This document shows positions 37,901-48,400 of a DNA stretch of 56,272 nucleotides, piece by piece. Numbering within the stretch: position 1 is the first letter of the stretch; every line of letters begins with the position of its first letter. The position numbers and the translations under genes were made by a program. Origin of the DNA: a virus (lineage: Duplodnaviria; Caudoviricetes); IMG/VR virus record IMGVR_UViG_3300037300_000108, positions 1 through 56,272 of that record. One strand, 5' to 3'. Below the pieces are notes generated by a model that saw only the letters and a program-made list of their open reading frames with translations, made no database searches and was not told the origin of the DNA.

Positions 37901-40900
37901 GTCTCGGCCTCAGTGGTTACGCCGGGAGCTTCGGCAAGATTAATGCGCCGTTCCTTGGGGTCAAAGTTACCGCTGTTATCGGCTCCAGTGTCGCCTCTCT
38001 GAGTTGTGCCGACACTAGGAACGACTCTGCCTGCTTGGGATTGAACGTCCTCATCCGATCCAACTCGTTTTTGGAGAACATTGTTTTTAGTAATTTCTCT
38101 CTTTGCAGGGCTTGCGCTTGTTGTTGCTTGAGATTCATTTTTTAATCTTTCAAGTGCGTTGGCAATAATGGAATAAGCCGCTGGCGCTTTTTCCTGAAGC
38201 ACAACAGGGTTTGTAATGTAAATGGCAAACGACTGAGCAAAACTTTCGGCCTTCTTATTGGGCACGGATTTTTCAAATTGAGCATTAAACGGGTACGCCA
38301 AAATATTTTTAAGCGGCTCGTTCTTGTACCACGCTTCCAACTCCTTATGCGCTTTTGCCCACGAAGGATCTTTAGAAAAGACAAAAGCGTCGTAGCCATC
38401 TTGCTCGGCCAAGTGCGCCAGTTCATGAATCAAGTAAAAAAACTTTTCATCATTTGACCGACTACTCCATTGGGAGCCCAAGGCCAGCCATCCTCTTGTT
38501 GGAAACATCGCCGCCACAGCGTTCAGGCCGGTACTACCCCCGGCGGTAATCCGATCAAGCAGGGATGATGGAATTCCAAGACGAAGTGCTCGCGTCGCCA
38601 AATCAGATAAAAGTTTAACCTGCGGCGCGGAAAGTGGCTTTGGTTTTAATACCGTTCTACGTCCGGTTGCATTAACTCTTGTTGGCGGAATTGTCTGCTG
38701 CAATGCCATCTCAAAGCGTTGCACTGCTGCACGCTGCACCTCAACAGACTCTCCCGGCGGTGGAGTTACTTCTGCTTTTGTTTCATTTGTTGCAGGAGGC
38801 TCTTGTCTTGCGGGCTCAGGAGTTGGTTGTACATCATCTTCTTTAGGAGCTCCGCGCCCTGTTGCGTCTTCCATGGGCTTGTCGTCTGTTTTTTCATTTT
38901 TAATCCTAAAGTTTTTCATTAACTCTTCGCGACTAATTCTTGGCACTTCACCAAAAAAGTCCTCGGACGGAGCGTTGTACGCCTCGAAGGCATTATCTGC
39001 CAAGTTAGACAGAGCTTCAGCGGTAGCCTTGGGCGAGCGAGAGTTGTTAGAGAACATTTCAAGCACGGCATACACGTCTGGGTCGGCTACAACGTCAATC
39101 TGCTGAGCCGCTCGGGATAATGGCAGTCCTTGACGCCTTGCATTAACAGCAATCTCAGCAGCCTCGGTAACTATGTTGCGAATATCCAAGTTACCAGCGC
39201 CATCCAGACGAGCCATTTTTGGCGCAACACGGGCCAGCGCCGACAAAATATTTCGGGCTTCAGGATCTTGCGTCTGGGTGTAAAGTTCAATCAACTGGTC
39301 ATTGTTGTATGCCTTTGCAAAGATTGCGCCATTAAGCCGGTCGTAGGCTTGAGTGGTGGGCTTGCCTTTGGTTCCAATAAATTCTCCGCGTTCTGTTTGC
39401 GGCATGGCCTGGATAAAGCCTCGAATCGTGTTTTCTGAAATAGAACCGTCATCATTAAACTGCAAAGCATTCAGATCGACACGGCGTAAATCGTTCTTTG
39501 CGTTTTCAATTGCCGATAGCCGTAGTCCAGTTGGAGTATTGGATACGTCGCCAATATTTTGAGTGACAAACTGATTAGGCATGATGCGCACTAAGACCGG
39601 CTGCTTCATTCGGTCAATCGCTGCCAAATCTACGCCATGCAATCTCAGGTCAGATTTCAACTCTTTTACGTAGTTGTCAGTGGTTTTTCTTTGGTAGCCC
39701 AACTGCAAGCCTGCAATCCGGCCATTGCCCGCAATTACGCGAGTTCTATCGGTTGCATTGGCATAGTCAACGTTGGTCAGGCCATTAGCATCGTTAGACG
39801 CCAATACATCGTCAACTTCCATAACCGCGTATCGCACGGGAATCCGGCGACCATCCGGCGCAATTGCCACGTCCTTGGCGCCAAGCTGGCTAGGATCAAT
39901 AGTCCCACCAAATACCGCTGGAGCACCGTTAGCAAAGTCACGAGAAAAACTCATGCGTCCGTAGTCTGGTTTGGCAGAGATTACCTGCATCTGCTCAATA
40001 CTCGCCTGAGATGAGCGATCACGGTTTTGAAGAATTATTTCTCCTGTTTCTTCCGGTCGTTGCGTTTCTGTTTCGATGGTTTCTGGGGACGTAAGGCCAT
40101 TTGGTTGCTCTGGGGTTGGTTGAATAGTTACTGGAGGGATTGCAATTGGCGTAGTAGGAGTTGTCTCTCCAGCGAAAGTGCTAGGAGCTCCCATTCCTGT
40201 TGGTTCAGGTGTGACAATTCCTTGGGTGTCGGGCTGTACGGTTGGCTCTGTAGGTGGAACAGGTAGCTCCACGCTAGGCTGATCTCTTTGTCCGCCAGTT
40301 TGTTGGAGTAGGGACTGGATAACTCTTGATGTTGGGCTCTCATTTTCCAATACCTCTGGGTTTTCATTGACAAATGCCTCAAGCTCGTCTCGGGTTTTCC
40401 CTAATACATTCCTTCGTACGGCAGGCAGGTTTCCGCCGGGAATTGAAACCTCCGTTCCAAGAATATCCTGCTCCGTAAAAACACTAGAGGGTGGCAATAT
40501 TGCCACTGGTTGTTTCTCAGTCACTGGCAGTTCTGCCACTTCAGTGGTTGCTGGAGGCGTAACAGTCTCTGGCGGTGTAATTGTGTCGGGAGGGGCAACT
40601 ATTTCTGGAGCGGCAGTTTTAGGCCGCATAGCTAAAGACTTGGCGGCAGCAGGCACTTCAATTGCAGCGCCACCTAGCTCGCCCAGCATTTCCATACCCA
40701 CGTCTTGCAGGTCAACTTTTCCGTAAGCTACGCCCTGTCCAGCAGCCTCTGAGATGCCGCCACCAGCCACGTCAATGCCAACAGCGCCAGCGCCGCGACC
40801 GACCTTCTGAGTCAGTGTACGGGCTTTAAAAATATCATCGGCACGTTTAGCAATTTGAGCCGCTTGAGCAGCCACACCAAGTTCTTTGCGAGCTGCATCA

Positions 40901-41688
40901 ATGGCAGATTTCCTTGCGCCACTGGCAAACTTACCGGCACCAACAGTCATTAGCGAGTCTACAGCGGCAGTCGTCACGCCTTTGGTTCTGGCATCGCTCA
41001 CGGCTTTTTCAACCGTCTTCGTATCTTTTAGAAGCGCCGTGATGTTCTCGGTAGTAGGCTCCATGCCTCGATTGCTAAGCTCTTCGCCAATCCTGCCAAT
41101 AAACTCTGAGCCAATTTCCAACGGAGCGCTAGCAGCAAAACCACCAGTAATTGCGCCAACACCAGCACCTATTGCAATTCCGGCTGGGTTGGCCGATAAA
41201 GCCCCAAGTGCAGCTCCGCCTTTTCCGCCAGCCAGCATACCGGCAATCTGCGGAGCCATATTGGCAGCACTTTGAGCGGTTAGGTAGACGGCACCCTTTG
41301 GGTTGGTAATTGCCTGCTTGCCAAATTCCAATAAGAAGTCACCAAACGGGCCTATGCTCTCGCGGAATCCCTCGGCCTTGTCAAAGGCGGCAGCTTCATC
41401 TTTAAAAGCTGACTGCACTTCTAGTAATTCTTTAGGCTGCACGCTTGGTTTGCGAGAGATTTCTTCAGACAGAAGTTTCGCCTGATCTTCTCCAACATTG
41501 CCAGACACCACGGACGGTGCAATTTGTGCGGCACCAATTGCACGTTGACCACCCTCAACCAACAAATTCCCAATGTTAGAGAAAAAGCCTTTGTCCTCGG
41601 GAGGTGAGCCAAATAATTCAGCGCTAAGGTTTCGGCCATAGCCAGCCTCGGAGCCAAAAAGCTCCGAACTAAAATCACGCCCTGCCAT
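34933..41688 (-). CDS. Large polyvalent ejection protein (DdrB-like ParB domain, zincin-like peptidase, LPD38-like C-terminus)
   Basis: LQNRDRS...VIAGNGR; LIHELAH...ESFA; NFNRKG...YAFFNAS...ENKDWTG; last gene of the virion operon. Confidence 0.8.
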   Translation of the reverse strand: MAGRDFSSELFGSEAGYGRNLSAELFGSPPEDKGFFSNIGNLLVEGGQRAIGAAQIAPSVVSGNVGEDQAKLLSEEISRKPSVQPKELLEVQSAFKDEAAAFDKAEGFRESIGPFGDFLLEFGKQAITNPKGAVYLTAQSAANMAPQIAGMLAGGKGGAALGALSANPAGIAIGAGVGAITGGFAASAPLEIGSEFIGRIGEELSNRGMEPTTENITALLKDTKTVEKAVSDARTKGVTTAAVDSLMTVGAGKFASGARKSAIDAARKELGVAAQAAQIAKRADDIFKARTLTQKVGRGAGAVGIDVAGGGISEAAGQGVAYGKVDLQDVGMEMLGELGGAAIEVPAAAKSLAMRPKTAAPEIVAPPDTITPPETVTPPATTEVAELPVTEKQPVAILPPSSVFTEQDILGTEVSIPGGNLPAVRRNVLGKTRDELEAFVNENPEVLENESPTSRVIQSLLQQTGGQRDQPSVELPVPPTEPTVQPDTQGIVTPEPTGMGAPSTFAGETTPTTPIAIPPVTIQPTPEQPNGLTSPETIETETQRPEETGEIILQNRDRSSQASIEQMQVISAKPDYGRMSFSRDFANGAPAVFGGTIDPSQLGAKDVAIAPDGRRIPVRYAVMEVDDVLASNDANGLTNVDYANATDRTRVIAGNGRIAGLQLGYQRKTTDNYVKELKSDLRLHGVDLAAIDRMKQPVLVRIMPNQFVTQNIGDVSNTPTGLRLSAIENAKNDLRRVDLNALQFNDDGSISENTIRGFIQAMPQTERGEFIGTKGKPTTQAYDRLNGAIFAKAYNNDQLIELYTQTQDPEARNILSALARVAPKMARLDGAGNLDIRNIVTEAAEIAVNARRQGLPLSRAAQQIDVVADPDVYAVLEMFSNNSRSPKATAEALSNLADNAFEAYNAPSEDFFGEVPRISREELMKNFRIKNEKTDDKPMEDATGRGAPKEDDVQPTPEPARQEPPATNETKAEVTPPPGESVEVQRAAVQRFEMALQQTIPPTRVNATGRRTVLKPKPLSAPQVKLLSDLATRALRLGIPSSLLDRITAGGSTGLNAVAAMFPTRGWLALGSQWSSRSNDEKFFYLIHELAHLAEQDGYDAFVFSKDPSWAKAHKELEAWYKNEPLKNILAYPFNAQFEKSVPNKKAESFAQSFAIYITNPVVLQEKAPAAYSIIANALERLKNESQATTSASPAKREITKNNVLQKRVGSDEDVQSQAGRVVPSVGTTQRGDTGADNSGNFDPKERRINLAEAPGVTTEAETVEQKARRENIFGDGVITTWTMPTDTKIMGLLKDDVIYSLQNKQIDLKRVVDSIKSTSKNIGAKWDAYLQETLYHGRTATRTKAYLEDELKKQVEAIQKFGLTKEDVGEYLHNRHAPEANAHIAERNERYPDGGSGIKTADALKYMEDLSPQKRKQFEQVAALIDDGTRKMQDELVEYGLESPETIATWRDMFSFYIPLNRVDADFDTSKAMSQGAGYSTSGASAKSRTGSTKDVNVNEILANLAIQRERAIVRAEKNRVAQALYGLALQNPNPDFWLALDPSTNPVWQSLRMERQLQDDITLMETIIEEGDVDPSNIKDYEREITLYKKLLKKEKSKALGSLDKVRQQLTDLGLDPALVENIMMPPMKARYDKARNKVVYEPNSSFANPFVFSARVNGEDKFLLFNANDARAKRMVESLKNMDADQLGIAMSTMAKITRYFSAINTQYNPVFGAYNFLRDVQAGLIQINDTEIADQKKKVVAGTLPALRAIYQSTRKLRKGEKPETEWSKLYEEFQKEGGQTGFRDVFSQSNERATAIQRMIDPASWSESPLGNVFSANGTLKVPLEQARKTAKPLFDWLSDYNESMENSIRLSAYKAAKDKFIGEGTDAGSAKQRAAAIAKELTVNFNRKGQVATQAGALYAFFNASVQGTTRMFQLLKSPVGKKIAAGAFLLGSMQALLLAGAGFDEEEPPEFIKQRNYIIPIGDGKYLAFPMPLGFNVLPNTTRIITEWALSGFKDTPRRVLDITDAMLDMFNPVGNAGWSFQTFAPTVFDPMVALFENKDWTGQDISRKDFSDLDPTPGYSRSKDSSSWLGEQVAYFLNFASGGTEDKKGALSPTADDLEYLIGQATGGIGREFLKVAKTAKSLSTGEELPPYNVPLFGRFYGDIKGMAPTANAFYRNLTELNGHTRAVEGLKERRGDVQGYIRENPEARLSASANIQYREIQKLRKQRRNAIEKDNKELAKKIEEAIKVRMMRVNESFDEVSK

Positions 41689-41697
41689 AAAAGCTCC

Positions 41698-43524
41698 TTA
41701 CTGAATTGTGTAGCCGCGAGCTTTTGCCGCTTCAATAACTTGCTGCTCCGTTTTGCCACTAGCCTTAGCGGTGGCGGAAATATCTGCTTTGGATAGCATC
41801 TTGCTCGGGCCGCCCTCTTGACCCAGCATAATACTTGCAATTTGTTCTCTAGCTACTTTTTTCTGGTCATCTGTACTCTCATAATTTTCTATAACAGCTT
41901 TAGCGGCACGTAGCCTTTCGTCGGGCGTTGGGTTTCTGTCTGGCCTGGTCTGCCCTTTAATGGACGCCATACGTGCCAAGTACTCTTCAGCTTCCTTATC
42001 CTTACCTTCAGCCTTAAGAGCCATGAACTTAGCCTCAATGCGCTCAGCTTCGCCGGGCTTGGCGGCTTCTGCGGCGCGGGCCGTAATGCGCAGTTTTTCC
42101 AGTTCAATGTTGGACAAACGATTTGCAGCCTCATCCATGCGGCGCTGATCCACGCCAGCCAAGTCGGCCAAAGTTTTGGTTTTGGTTGCCAACTTATTTT
42201 GATAAGCGGCGTTGGCCTGATCCATAGATTTAGAGCGAGCGCCAAACAGTTCTTTTCCGCCTTCGTATTCTCGCGCGTCAGCCTCTGTCTGCATCTTGTT
42301 CATGCGAGACTCCATTGACAGCTCTTCAGCGCGTTTTTGTTGCTGGTTAGCAGTGTAAGCAGGGGCTAGTCCAGACAAACCTTTATATTGGCTTGACTGG
42401 CCAAGCACGCGAATCAAGTCCTGAAGACCTGTGGGCTTACTTTTTTCAAATGATTCTCGTTCTCCAGAAATACGATCACGCTGCTCCTGTGAGCGTTTTT
42501 TCATAAAGTCTTCTTGCATAGACTCAGGAGAAAGAGCTTTTTGCTGAGCAATGATGCCTTCTGGCGTTGGCGCTGCAATAGGTTTTGCCAAATCAGTATC
42601 AGCTTGGGCAAAGTACTTGCTCTGCCCCGGCATTACACCCGGCAAACCGGCCAGCGCCGGGTTTGCTTGTGGTGCGCCAGCGGTAGGAGCCATAGGATTT
42701 GCTGGCGTCATTGAGCCTGCTGCACCACTTTGCGCAGGTATACCGGACGCAATACCAGTGCCCGAGCCGATCCGAGGATCTTGAAACGGTGCTCTGCGAA
42801 AGTTATCGGGTATCGGTGTAGGTGGCGTCATGGCAGTTGCAGGCTCAGCAACTTTGGGCATAGGCGGAGACTCAATGCTGGTAATCTCACGACGCGCTTT
42901 GTCTAGCGCTTGGTCGTACATTTTTTGTCCAAATTGGCCAACCAACTGCTCTTTATTGGCCTCTAGCTTAGCCAGTCTTTCTTGAACAGTGCCAAGCATT
43001 TCTTCTTTTTGCAGAAGATCTCGTTCCTCTTTTGATTTTCCAAAGTTCTTGTCGTAGATGCTTCCCTTGTCCATCATTTGCTGGCCAGCTCTTTCGTTCA
43101 AGCTGCTACCGCCTTCTTGAAAAGCAATGATTCCGCCATTGGCAAACTTGTACATGTTGCTACGAACAGGTAGGCGAGCCACTCCACCAGAGGCCATAGC
43201 CATTTCCTGCTGCTGCCCCTGCATTTCCGGGCCGGGAGTCCCCATAGGAACAGGGCCACCGGGCTGGGGCTGAGGCTGTTGCTGTTGAACTTTTGCCTGT
43301 TGCAACGCAAGTAGACCCGCTTTTTGCTCAATCTGTTCTTTGATACTAGGCTGTCCCTGTGCAGCGCCTTGGCCTGTAGCCATTTGCTGCTTGAGCTTTT
43401 CCCGGCGCTGAATTTCTCCTAGCGCAAGATATGGCGGCACTTCAGGATTTGAGCCATTGGCGTACTGTTGCAGCGCCTGCACTGGCATTTCTTTTAAACG
43501 CTCATTAATTTGTACGAGATTCAT
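41698..43524 (-). CDS. Internal virion / DNA ejection protein
   Basis: 608 aa, helical and Gln/Pro rich; position in the ejection module. Confidence 0.65.
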   Translation of the reverse strand: MNLVQINERLKEMPVQALQQYANGSNPEVPPYLALGEIQRREKLKQQMATGQGAAQGQPSIKEQIEQKAGLLALQQAKVQQQQPQPQPGGPVPMGTPGPEMQGQQQEMAMASGGVARLPVRSNMYKFANGGIIAFQEGGSSLNERAGQQMMDKGSIYDKNFGKSKEERDLLQKEEMLGTVQERLAKLEANKEQLVGQFGQKMYDQALDKARREITSIESPPMPKVAEPATAMTPPTPIPDNFRRAPFQDPRIGSGTGIASGIPAQSGAAGSMTPANPMAPTAGAPQANPALAGLPGVMPGQSKYFAQADTDLAKPIAAPTPEGIIAQQKALSPESMQEDFMKKRSQEQRDRISGERESFEKSKPTGLQDLIRVLGQSSQYKGLSGLAPAYTANQQQKRAEELSMESRMNKMQTEADAREYEGGKELFGARSKSMDQANAAYQNKLATKTKTLADLAGVDQRRMDEAANRLSNIELEKLRITARAAEAAKPGEAERIEAKFMALKAEGKDKEAEEYLARMASIKGQTRPDRNPTPDERLRAAKAVIENYESTDDQKKVAREQIASIMLGQEGGPSKMLSKADISATAKASGKTEQQVIEAAKARGYTIQ

Positions 43525-43535
43525 TTTCGGCCTTA

Positions 43536-45440
43536 TTATGATGATGGAGTGGTCACACCAAGTTTTGAAAGTGATTCGTACAACGCTCCAAGACCTGCAA
43601 CGTTACCTTGTAATTTAGACATTGCGTCTTGATTTACAGCTGTAGTATTGGCGCCAATTGGCAAGCCCTGAAGAAGGTTAAGTTGGTACTGCGGCATTTT
43701 GTATGCGTAGTCGCGCTGCTCTTCAAACTGCGCCTTGTCTGCGGCCAAGCCTTGTTGCTTAATATTTCGCTGAGCCTCACCAAGACCGGATAGTTTATCC
43801 AGAGATTGCAAGCCAAAGTTAGCGCCAAATTGACGCGATGCTTCGCTTGCTTTTTCGGCACCAAGACTACGGTCTTGCTCAGTGTTGAATTGCCCCATGG
43901 CTTGCCCATAAGCTGTATCGTAGCCCCTGCCGGTAATCCCAGCTAGATTGCTCAACAAGTTGCGCTGGTTCTCAGACTCCATTAAAGCGCTGCGACCACC
44001 GCCAAACGCACCTGATTTTGTGGCGGCAGTTCTATTGGCCAAGTTGGAAATTTCAGACTGACGCCGCGCCTCTTCAATTTGTGGGTTCAGTGAAGCCTGA
44101 AGGTATGGATTCATGTACTTCTGAGCCGCCGAGGCGTCAAATGTGTCGGACGAATAAGTACTAGGGCCATATCCAGCTTGAGCAACTTCACCCGCTCCAG
44201 CAAATGCTTGGTTTTGCAAATCAGACGGGCCGGCTGTTAGTTGACCCCCGTAGGCTTGGTAGGGTTGATTGGCCAGTGCGCCAGCTTGCCCAAGCGCTCC
44301 AGTTACGTAGTCACCAATCCAAGGCGAAAGGGTTGATGCCTTGGATATATCTTGCGGAATTCCACCGGAAGTTGCTTGAGTGGTGGTAGTTGTAGCGGCA
44401 ACATCCCCTCCATTTGCAAAGTTTTGAACTGCCCCGCCATTTGCCAGGCCAACAATTCCGCCGGGCATAAACTGATTTGGTTCAATCTCTTTGCCCTGCT
44501 CTTCTGTTCCGGTTCGTGCTTTACGAATGCGAGACATCATTTCGTAGAGTTTTTCAGCACCAGCTTCGGAGTTGCCGTTGCCAAGATGCGACACTACATC
44601 GGCAGGAATAACAAACTCCCCATGGCTCAGTGCCGCAGGTTGTTCTCCGTCAATGTTGGAGGGAATTTCATCTGCCATGCCATCGGTAGCGCCCGCCAAG
44701 TAGCGACCACCTTCTGCTAAACGTGCAATACCACCTTGTGCCATTTGTACTTCCTCTTGCGGTTTTGGTGCTGGATTAGCATAAGACAGCGGCATTTTCC
44801 CGGCGTATGGGTTGACCTGCGGGGCCGCGTCAGGCTGTAGTGCGCGAAGTCCAGAAGCCTGCTCTTGTGCAGAGGCTACTGCGGCCTCTTTTGCGGCTGC
44901 ATCGCCTCTCGGGACGTACTGCGTATCAGTGAAGTACTGGCGACCAGCCGATCCGGGAACCCTGTTTTCATCGTTGTATTGAACTTGTTGGCGAACTGCT
45001 TCCATCTTTGGCACCGGCTTGTTATATCCACCCTGCGCACCACCATTGTTGTCAGCCATTAAAGAGTAAAGAGCCGCGCCGGCAGTGCCAAGCCCCGCTA
45101 CATTAAATTGTTTAGTAGTTGGGTTGTACAGATATTTCTTTAAAAAATCTTTTGCGCCGCCACCAAGTGTCTGGCCTACGCTTTTAATAAAATCCATAAC
45201 TCCACTAGACTGATTTTCTTGGTCGGCAAGATAGGCTTTGGTCATAAAGTCCATGAACTCTTCATCGCCCGTACTTGTCTCGTAGTCAGTAAACGCTTGA
45301 CCGCCTATGTCATCGTAAATTGAATAGTAGTCAAATGGGTCTAAGTAGTAGCCGTATGGGTTTGAGTCATCATAGTCAGTTAACTCTTGACCGCCTATGT
45401 CATCGTAAATTGAATAGTAGTCATTGAATGCGTCAGCCAT
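43536..45440 (-). CDS. Internal virion / DNA ejection protein
   Basis: DGMADEIP...LSHGEFVIPADVVS domain; YMNPY...GAFGGGR pilot-like region. Confidence 0.7.
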   Translation of the reverse strand: MADAFNDYYSIYDDIGGQELTDYDDSNPYGYYLDPFDYYSIYDDIGGQAFTDYETSTGDEEFMDFMTKAYLADQENQSSGVMDFIKSVGQTLGGGAKDFLKKYLYNPTTKQFNVAGLGTAGAALYSLMADNNGGAQGGYNKPVPKMEAVRQQVQYNDENRVPGSAGRQYFTDTQYVPRGDAAAKEAAVASAQEQASGLRALQPDAAPQVNPYAGKMPLSYANPAPKPQEEVQMAQGGIARLAEGGRYLAGATDGMADEIPSNIDGEQPAALSHGEFVIPADVVSHLGNGNSEAGAEKLYEMMSRIRKARTGTEEQGKEIEPNQFMPGGIVGLANGGAVQNFANGGDVAATTTTTQATSGGIPQDISKASTLSPWIGDYVTGALGQAGALANQPYQAYGGQLTAGPSDLQNQAFAGAGEVAQAGYGPSTYSSDTFDASAAQKYMNPYLQASLNPQIEEARRQSEISNLANRTAATKSGAFGGGRSALMESENQRNLLSNLAGITGRGYDTAYGQAMGQFNTEQDRSLGAEKASEASRQFGANFGLQSLDKLSGLGEAQRNIKQQGLAADKAQFEEQRDYAYKMPQYQLNLLQGLPIGANTTAVNQDAMSKLQGNVAGLGALYESLSKLGVTTPSS

Positions 45441-45450
45441 TTTTAATCCT

Positions 45451-48400
45451 TTAGCGTAAGAGTTTCAATAGTTCGTCTACTGTCATGTCCCCCGCCAGTA
45501 GGTCGTCAATGTAACCACCTGCGGCAATTTTAATCGGTTGTTGGTTGTTTTGGTTAGTTTGCTTCTCTTTGCGAGTACCAAAGAAATTTACATCCAATGG
45601 ACTGCCAAAGTCAAACTCCTGCATTGCGCCGCCGTAAATAGGAGTGTATTCCGTTTGCGCCGCCTGATAAGCTGCTGGCAATTGGTCTGAAATCCTTTGT
45701 ACCTGAGCTTGTGCTTGGCCTCTAACTTGACCAAGTTGAAACTTTCTATCGGACTCTTTTTGCCGCGCTATCGCCGCCGCACGTTCCTGGGCGATACTTT
45801 TATTGGCCCGATTCTCAGCCTCTTCTTGCCCAAGGAACATGCCAGTTGGAGACCACGCGGAGGACGCTGGTGGGCTCCATGTTTGGCCGCCAGAAATAAC
45901 TCCCCTTAGAAAGTCAACATCATCCGAAGTAATCTGCTGGTCGCCAGTAACGTCATAAGCTAGGTTGGTCTTTGATGGATCGGAAATCATTCCCAACATC
46001 AAGTCAATGTCGGATTGATTTGCGCCTCGACCCTTAGTTCCAATAGTTTCCTGAAGCTGCTGGTTCTGAGTATTAACTTCGGCAATGGCTTGCTGGGTTG
46101 CCTGCTGGTAAGTCTGGCCCTGCTGCATGAGCTGGTCAACGCGCTGGTTTACTTCCGCGCCAAAGTCAGATATTTGCTGCTGAGTCTGTGTTTGAGCAAG
46201 GTCAATGGCTGATTTAAAGTCGATTCCCTGCTGGGTTAGCGCATCAGCTAAATCTTTTTGTCCCTGATTAAGCGCGTCGTATTTTGCCTGTACGTCCGCT
46301 GACACGCCTTCAATCTGTTCTTGTGTTTGGGCTTGGGCTTGCGCAATGGCGTCATTAAGATCAACACCTTGTTGAGCCAAAGACGTGGCCAGCGCTTTCT
46401 GCTCCGTTGTCAGCGCGTCGTACTGAGCTTGCACATCTGCGGATAACCCTTCAATTTGCTGCTGAGTTTGAGCTTGTGCTTGCTCAATGGCAGATCCAAA
46501 ATCAACGCCCTGTTGCCGAAGCTGCTCTGCTAGTGCTTTTTGTTCCGCAGTCAAAGCATCGTACTTTGCTTGTACATCCTCCGATACACCAGACAGGCCA
46601 GCAGCAAATTCAGCCTTTAGTGCGGCTTCGGTAGTTCCCAGACTTGTTAGTAAATTAGCGGCACTTGTTTGTTGATCGGCAGCTACAGAATCAATTGCAG
46701 CTTTAAGAGCTGCGTCCCCTTGTAGGCCAATCTCTTTTGCAGCTTTAATTGCGTTTTCTAAAGCTGTGCGAGTGTTGGCTACATCCTCCGATACACCAGA
46801 CAGGCCAGCAGCAAATTCAGCCTTTAGTGCGGCTTCGGTAGTGCTTAGATTATTTAACAAGCTGGTTGAGCTAACACCCTGCTCTGCGGCTATAGCGTCA
46901 ATTGCAGCCTTAAGAGCGAAGTCTCCCTGTAAGCCAGCTTCTTTTGCTTCGGCTATTGCAGCTTCAATCGCCGCTTTTGTATCTGCAACATTGGATTTAA
47001 CTGAGTTAATTTCAACAGAAAAATCTTCGCGAAGCTGAGATTCAGTTTTTCCAATTTGAGATAGAAGCTCGGTTTTAGTTGACCCAGCTTCTGCGGCCAC
47101 CGTGGCGATAGCAGACTCAAGCGCTGCATCACCCTGCATTCCCATTGCTTTGGCGTCAGCAATAGCTATTTGTATTGAAGCCTCAAGATTGGAATTTAAA
47201 TTTGACTTAACTGAGTTTGAATCTGTTTGTGGATTTTCTAAGGATTCCGTTAAAATAACTTGGGTTTTTGGTAGGTCAACCCAAATAACTTCGTTAGTTT
47301 CTTTGTTAACTACTCGACCAGTTCCATCGGAGTAAACCAGAAAAGCAAACCCGTTGCCGCCGTCATACAAGGTACCCCCGGAGCCGGAGTCTTTGGCTAC
47401 AAGCTGTAGGCCGGAAAAAAATCCGGAGGAAGCTCCCGTTCCATCTCCAAAAACTGATCCGCCACCTGTTGTTGGAGGATTCGCAGATTGGCCTAGCGCG
47501 AACAAAGCGGAAATATCACGCTCGCTCATGCGCTCTTGACCTCCGCCACCTGGAATCAAAAGACCTGTTACCGGATCAATTGTATTGTAACCACTTAAAT
47601 AAACCCTAAAAGCACCTGTTACTGGATCATAAGCTGGCCCCCAAGGCCGATAAACTGGAAAAAGTGTATCCGGGTCAATCTTCCCACTTTGAATTGTGGC
47701 AAAGCCGTCTTCTTCTTTTACTACGCCATAACGTCCGTAGTCCGCCATTGCGCTAAGGGCGTCTTTGTACGCCTCTTTGTATTCGGCGCTATCCGTTCCT
47801 TTTTCACCGGCTACATACGAGGCATAGTCTCGCAACTGATCTACGTTACTTTTTTGACTACTTAATACATTGTTCACGTCAACCGTTGAAAGACCTGTAT
47901 CCATTAAATAATCAATTTGGCTTTGAGAATAACCGTTTTTTATGTACTCATCGTAAACTGTTGCAACGGCTTTGGCTTGAGTAGATTTAAATGCTTCTTG
48001 ATCGGCTACTGATCTTTGGGTTGAAAGTTTGGAGTCAGCCGCCGCATAGCTTATTGAAGCGCCATCAAATTGCCCTACGCTTAAAAAGTGTTCGTAAGGA
48101 TCAGAGCCTTCGGGCAGGTTGTTGATCTTTGCATACTCATCTGCCTTGAATCCTGGATTCATAGCCTCAACAAATGCGCGGTTACTTGTGTCAATTATCG
48201 GCTTAATGCTTCCAGAAAGATTGTCAACAGAGCCTTTAAACTCTTCTGCGGCGCTGGTGTACTCATCAATTAATGTTTCATGCGCATCTTGCAGTTCGCC
48301 TAATTGATTTTTATATTCATCCATCTGAGGTTGATATGTCTCAGAATTTTCTTTAATAAGATTTGTAGCAAAATCATTGTATGTTTTGGTTGCGGCATTA

